From Octopus bimaculoides (lineage: Eukaryota): a DNA stretch of 36,569 nt. Below are positions 34,045 through 36,569 of the stretch, piece after piece. The DNA is taken from contig NC_068983.1 in NCBI RefSeq assembly GCF_001194135.2, forward strand, positions 116,507,516-116,544,084. Direction: 5' to 3'. The stretch's first letter is position 1. Every line of letters starts with the position of its first letter. Under the pieces are notes generated by a model. The model ran no database searches and was not told the DNA's origin. It saw nothing but the letters and a program-made list of their open reading frames with translations. Made by a program: the position numbers and the translations under genes.

Positions 34045-34399
34045 GACGGAATAAGATCCCCATAAACCGATAATAATTTGAATATAATACAATACACAGA
34101 TAAATAAATGAAATTAAATAACTATATACATTAACAAAATAAATTAATTTAAATTAAATGCAAAAACAATGGAAAGAAAAGAAAAAGTAAGTAGGTATAA
34201 ACAAATGAATAAAATAAGAGAAAATTAAGCGTTCGTGTATAAACAGGGATACTGATAATGCAGGCACATCCTCCCACTTGCTAAACATAGACACACACAG
34301 GGATATACGCATGCGCAAATAAAGACACATACAATAGAAATACAAAATGGCAGATCATTATTAAAGAGAGACACAAGAAAAAGAAAGAAGAAAGCAAAG

Positions 34400-34443
34400 G
34401 ACCACTGATGAGGTCACAGGAGTGTGACGAAAGAACTATGGCC
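34400..34443 (+). ncRNA. Minimal hammerhead-like motif in the putative PLE pseudo-LTR
   Basis: GACCA-CTGATGA-G-GTCACA(GGAG)TGTGAC-GAAA-GAAC-TA/TGGCC. The core is intact, stem II is 6 bp, stem III is only 2 bp, and stem I is 3 bp plus mismatch plus 1. Confidence 0.55.
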
Positions 34444-34654
34444 GAAATATAATTAATATAAAATAAAACTGAAGCAAGTGAACACAAAATATATAGTACA
34501 TGTGTTTTTATTGGGTAAACTGGCGACATGACCATCCCCAAATACAACACACACACACACACACACACTCACAAATATATATATATACATGCATATATNN
34601 NNNNNNNNNNNNNNNNNNNNNNNNNNNNNNNNNNNNNNNNNNNNNNNNNNNNNN

Positions 34655-35451
34655 TTACATAAAAATATCTTGAAATACGAAGCAGTAAATTTATTCAATA
34701 AAATCTACATTGGTTTCAACCACGGCCTCCAGACAACTTCGGAATCTCCTGCAACTCTTCTGGACGGTCTCCTTGCTTAAGTTGGTCGATGCTGCCATAA
34801 CCATTGCCTTCAGTTCATCCTTGGTGTTACAAGGAGTTTTGTTGCTCTCTCGCTTAATTGCGCCCCACACATAATAATCAAGGGGGTTGCAGTGTGGGGA
34901 GTTAGGTGGCCAGATGTTAGGAGTAGTCGCAGAAATTACCTGACAGCCATGACTCGATTCTCCTGCTCGTGTTGCATGGTGCAGAGTTTTCTTGCCAGAC
35001 ATAGGGTCTTCCAGCTATCATCCTCTTGACCCAGGACAGCACTATCTCTACCAGGCACTTGATGTAGGCCTCCGTGTTGAGTGTGAGGGTATGTGGGAAG
35101 ATGAATGGCGGCATAACGTCGCCATCACTAGTGATCACTCCAGACACCATTATGCTGATTGGATGTTTAATTTTTATCACTCTCGGTACATGTTCTTAGA
35201 TTGCACAGTCCTCATATTGACACACAAACACTCTGAAATGTTTGTATTGGAGCTTGCAGTGCGAATGCCAAGCAGTGTAGCATGTCGTTTCAAAATTTCT
35301 GGCGGAGTGAATTACGTTCTGGTGCTGCTTTGCTCACAGAAGGTGCCCATTGACTTCACTATACTGTGTAGTCGATAAAATCGAAAACAAACAATGCGCA
35401 CGCGCTAAATTAAAAATACAAATGTGGTGACAATTTACCCCTCACACCCTG
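34655..35451 (-). mobile_element. IS630-Tc1-mariner DD37D (maT-like) internal-deletion derivative
   Basis: KHPISIMVSGVITSDGDVMPPFIF, YVWQENSAP (QDSAP) and WPPNSPHCNPLDYYVWG, with spacing consistent with DD37D. Terminus TA|CAGGGTGTGAGGGGTAAATTGTC at 35451. The N-terminal HTH is joined directly to the catalytic domain. The other end is at or inside the gap. Confidence 0.88.
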
Positions 35452-36057
35452 TATATATATATATATATNNNNNNNNNNNNNNNNNNNNNNNNNNNNNNNN
35501 NNNNNNNNNNNNNNNNNNNNNNNNNNNNNNNNNNNNNNNNNNNNNNNNNNNNNNNNNNNNNNNNNNNNNNNNNNNNNNNNNNNNNNNNNNNNNNNNNNNN
35601 NNNNNNNNNNNNNNNNNNNNNNNNNNNNNNNNNNNNNNNNNNNNNNNNNNNNNNNNNNNNNNNNNNNNNNNNNNNNNNNNNNNNNNNNNNNNNNNNNNNN
35701 NNNNNNNNNNNNNNNNNNNNNNNNNNNNNNNNNNNNNNNNNNNNNNNNNNNNNNNNNNNNNNNNNNNNNNNNNNNNNNNNNNNNNNNNNNNNNNNNNNNN
35801 NNNNNNNNNNNNNNNNNNNNNNNNNNNNNNNNNNNNNNNNNNNNNNNNNNNNNNNNNNNNNNNNNNNNNNNNNNNNNNNNNNNNNNNNNNNNNNNNNNNN
35901 NNNNNNNNNNNNNNNNNNNNNNNNNNNNNNNNNNNNNNNNNNNNNNNNNNNNNNNNNNNNNNNNNNNNNNNNNNNNNNNNNNNNNNNNNNNNNNNNNNNN
36001 NNNNNNNNNNNNNNNNNNNNNNNNNNNNNNNNNNNNNNNATATATATATATATAATC

Positions 36058-36282
36058 GTTCTTCTTTTACGTGTTTCGGTCATTAGACTGCGGCTATGCT
36101 GGGCCACCGCCTTCAATAATTTGAGTCGATTGAATCGACCCCTGTACATATTTTTGTTTAAAGCCTCGTACGCGTTCTATCACTCTTTTTTGCGGCGAAC
36201 TGTTAAGGGACGTAAATACACCAACATAGGTTGCCAAGCGGTGGTAGTGAACAGACACAGGCGCAAAGACACACACTCAAAT

Positions 36283-36314
<32 letters not shown>

Positions 36315-36475
36315 GTATGACAGGCTTCTTTTAGTTTCCATCTTCGAAGTCCACTCATAAAGTCAGTCCAGGCTTATAGTAGAAGATTCTTACCCAATGG
36401 GCCACGCTGTGGAACTGGATCCGGAACTATATATTTGGGAAGGTAACTTCTTACCACACATCCATGTCTGCATCT
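36058..36475 (-). mobile_element. Full-length diverged SINE family A
   Basis: Both halves align to 26184-26583; the internal CA/TA tract is ~36268-36316. Confidence 0.85.
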
Positions 36476-36484
36476 GTTTACATA

Positions 36485-36569
36485 TATGTGTATGTGTGTA
36501 TGTGTGTGTACGCGCGCGCGCGCGGGTATATGTGTATGTGCGTGTGCACGCATGTGTTTGTGTATATAT
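36485..36569. repeat. (TG)n/(CG)n alternating purine-pyrimidine microsatellite
   Basis: TGTGTGTACGCGCGCGCGCGCGGGTATATGTG seen directly. Confidence 0.9.

Noticed and set aside
8881-36149. Long ORFs containing X runs (e.g. 19366-20256, 20702-21811, 29770-30582, 35424-36149)
   Set aside because: They stay open only because N-gaps contain no stop codons.

Overview
Eukaryotic (animal) non-coding DNA: AT-rich, very dense in microsatellites, with many assembly gaps. The SINE families and repeat landscape suggest a coleoid cephalopod, probably Octopus (inference, no database search). I found no host exon I can support. The window is mostly transposon fossils: a Chapaev/CMC transposase (~760-1990, -), a hAT transposase (~4500-6420, +), two CR1/L2-group LINE fragments, two different Gypsy remnants, RTE-clade LINE fragments, a mariner and a DD37D (maT-like) deletion derivative, and a Penelope-like (PLE) GIY-YIG 3' fragment. 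Three tRNA-derived SINE families are present in multiple copies, and there are two foldback structures. Most ORFs in the track are artefacts of N-gaps or microsatellites. The most interesting signal is non-coding. A complete type I hammerhead ribozyme fold lies at 26763-26811 (-) in an otherwise unassigned ~350-bp block. Several more hammerhead-like motifs with palindromic stem III occur elsewhere: one ~360 bp downstream of the PLE ORF, one near 10.4 kb, and some inside the foldback structures. This points to PLE pseudo-LTR or retrozyme-like self-cleaving elements of several families. Ribozyme activity is predicted from folding by eye and is not demonstrated.
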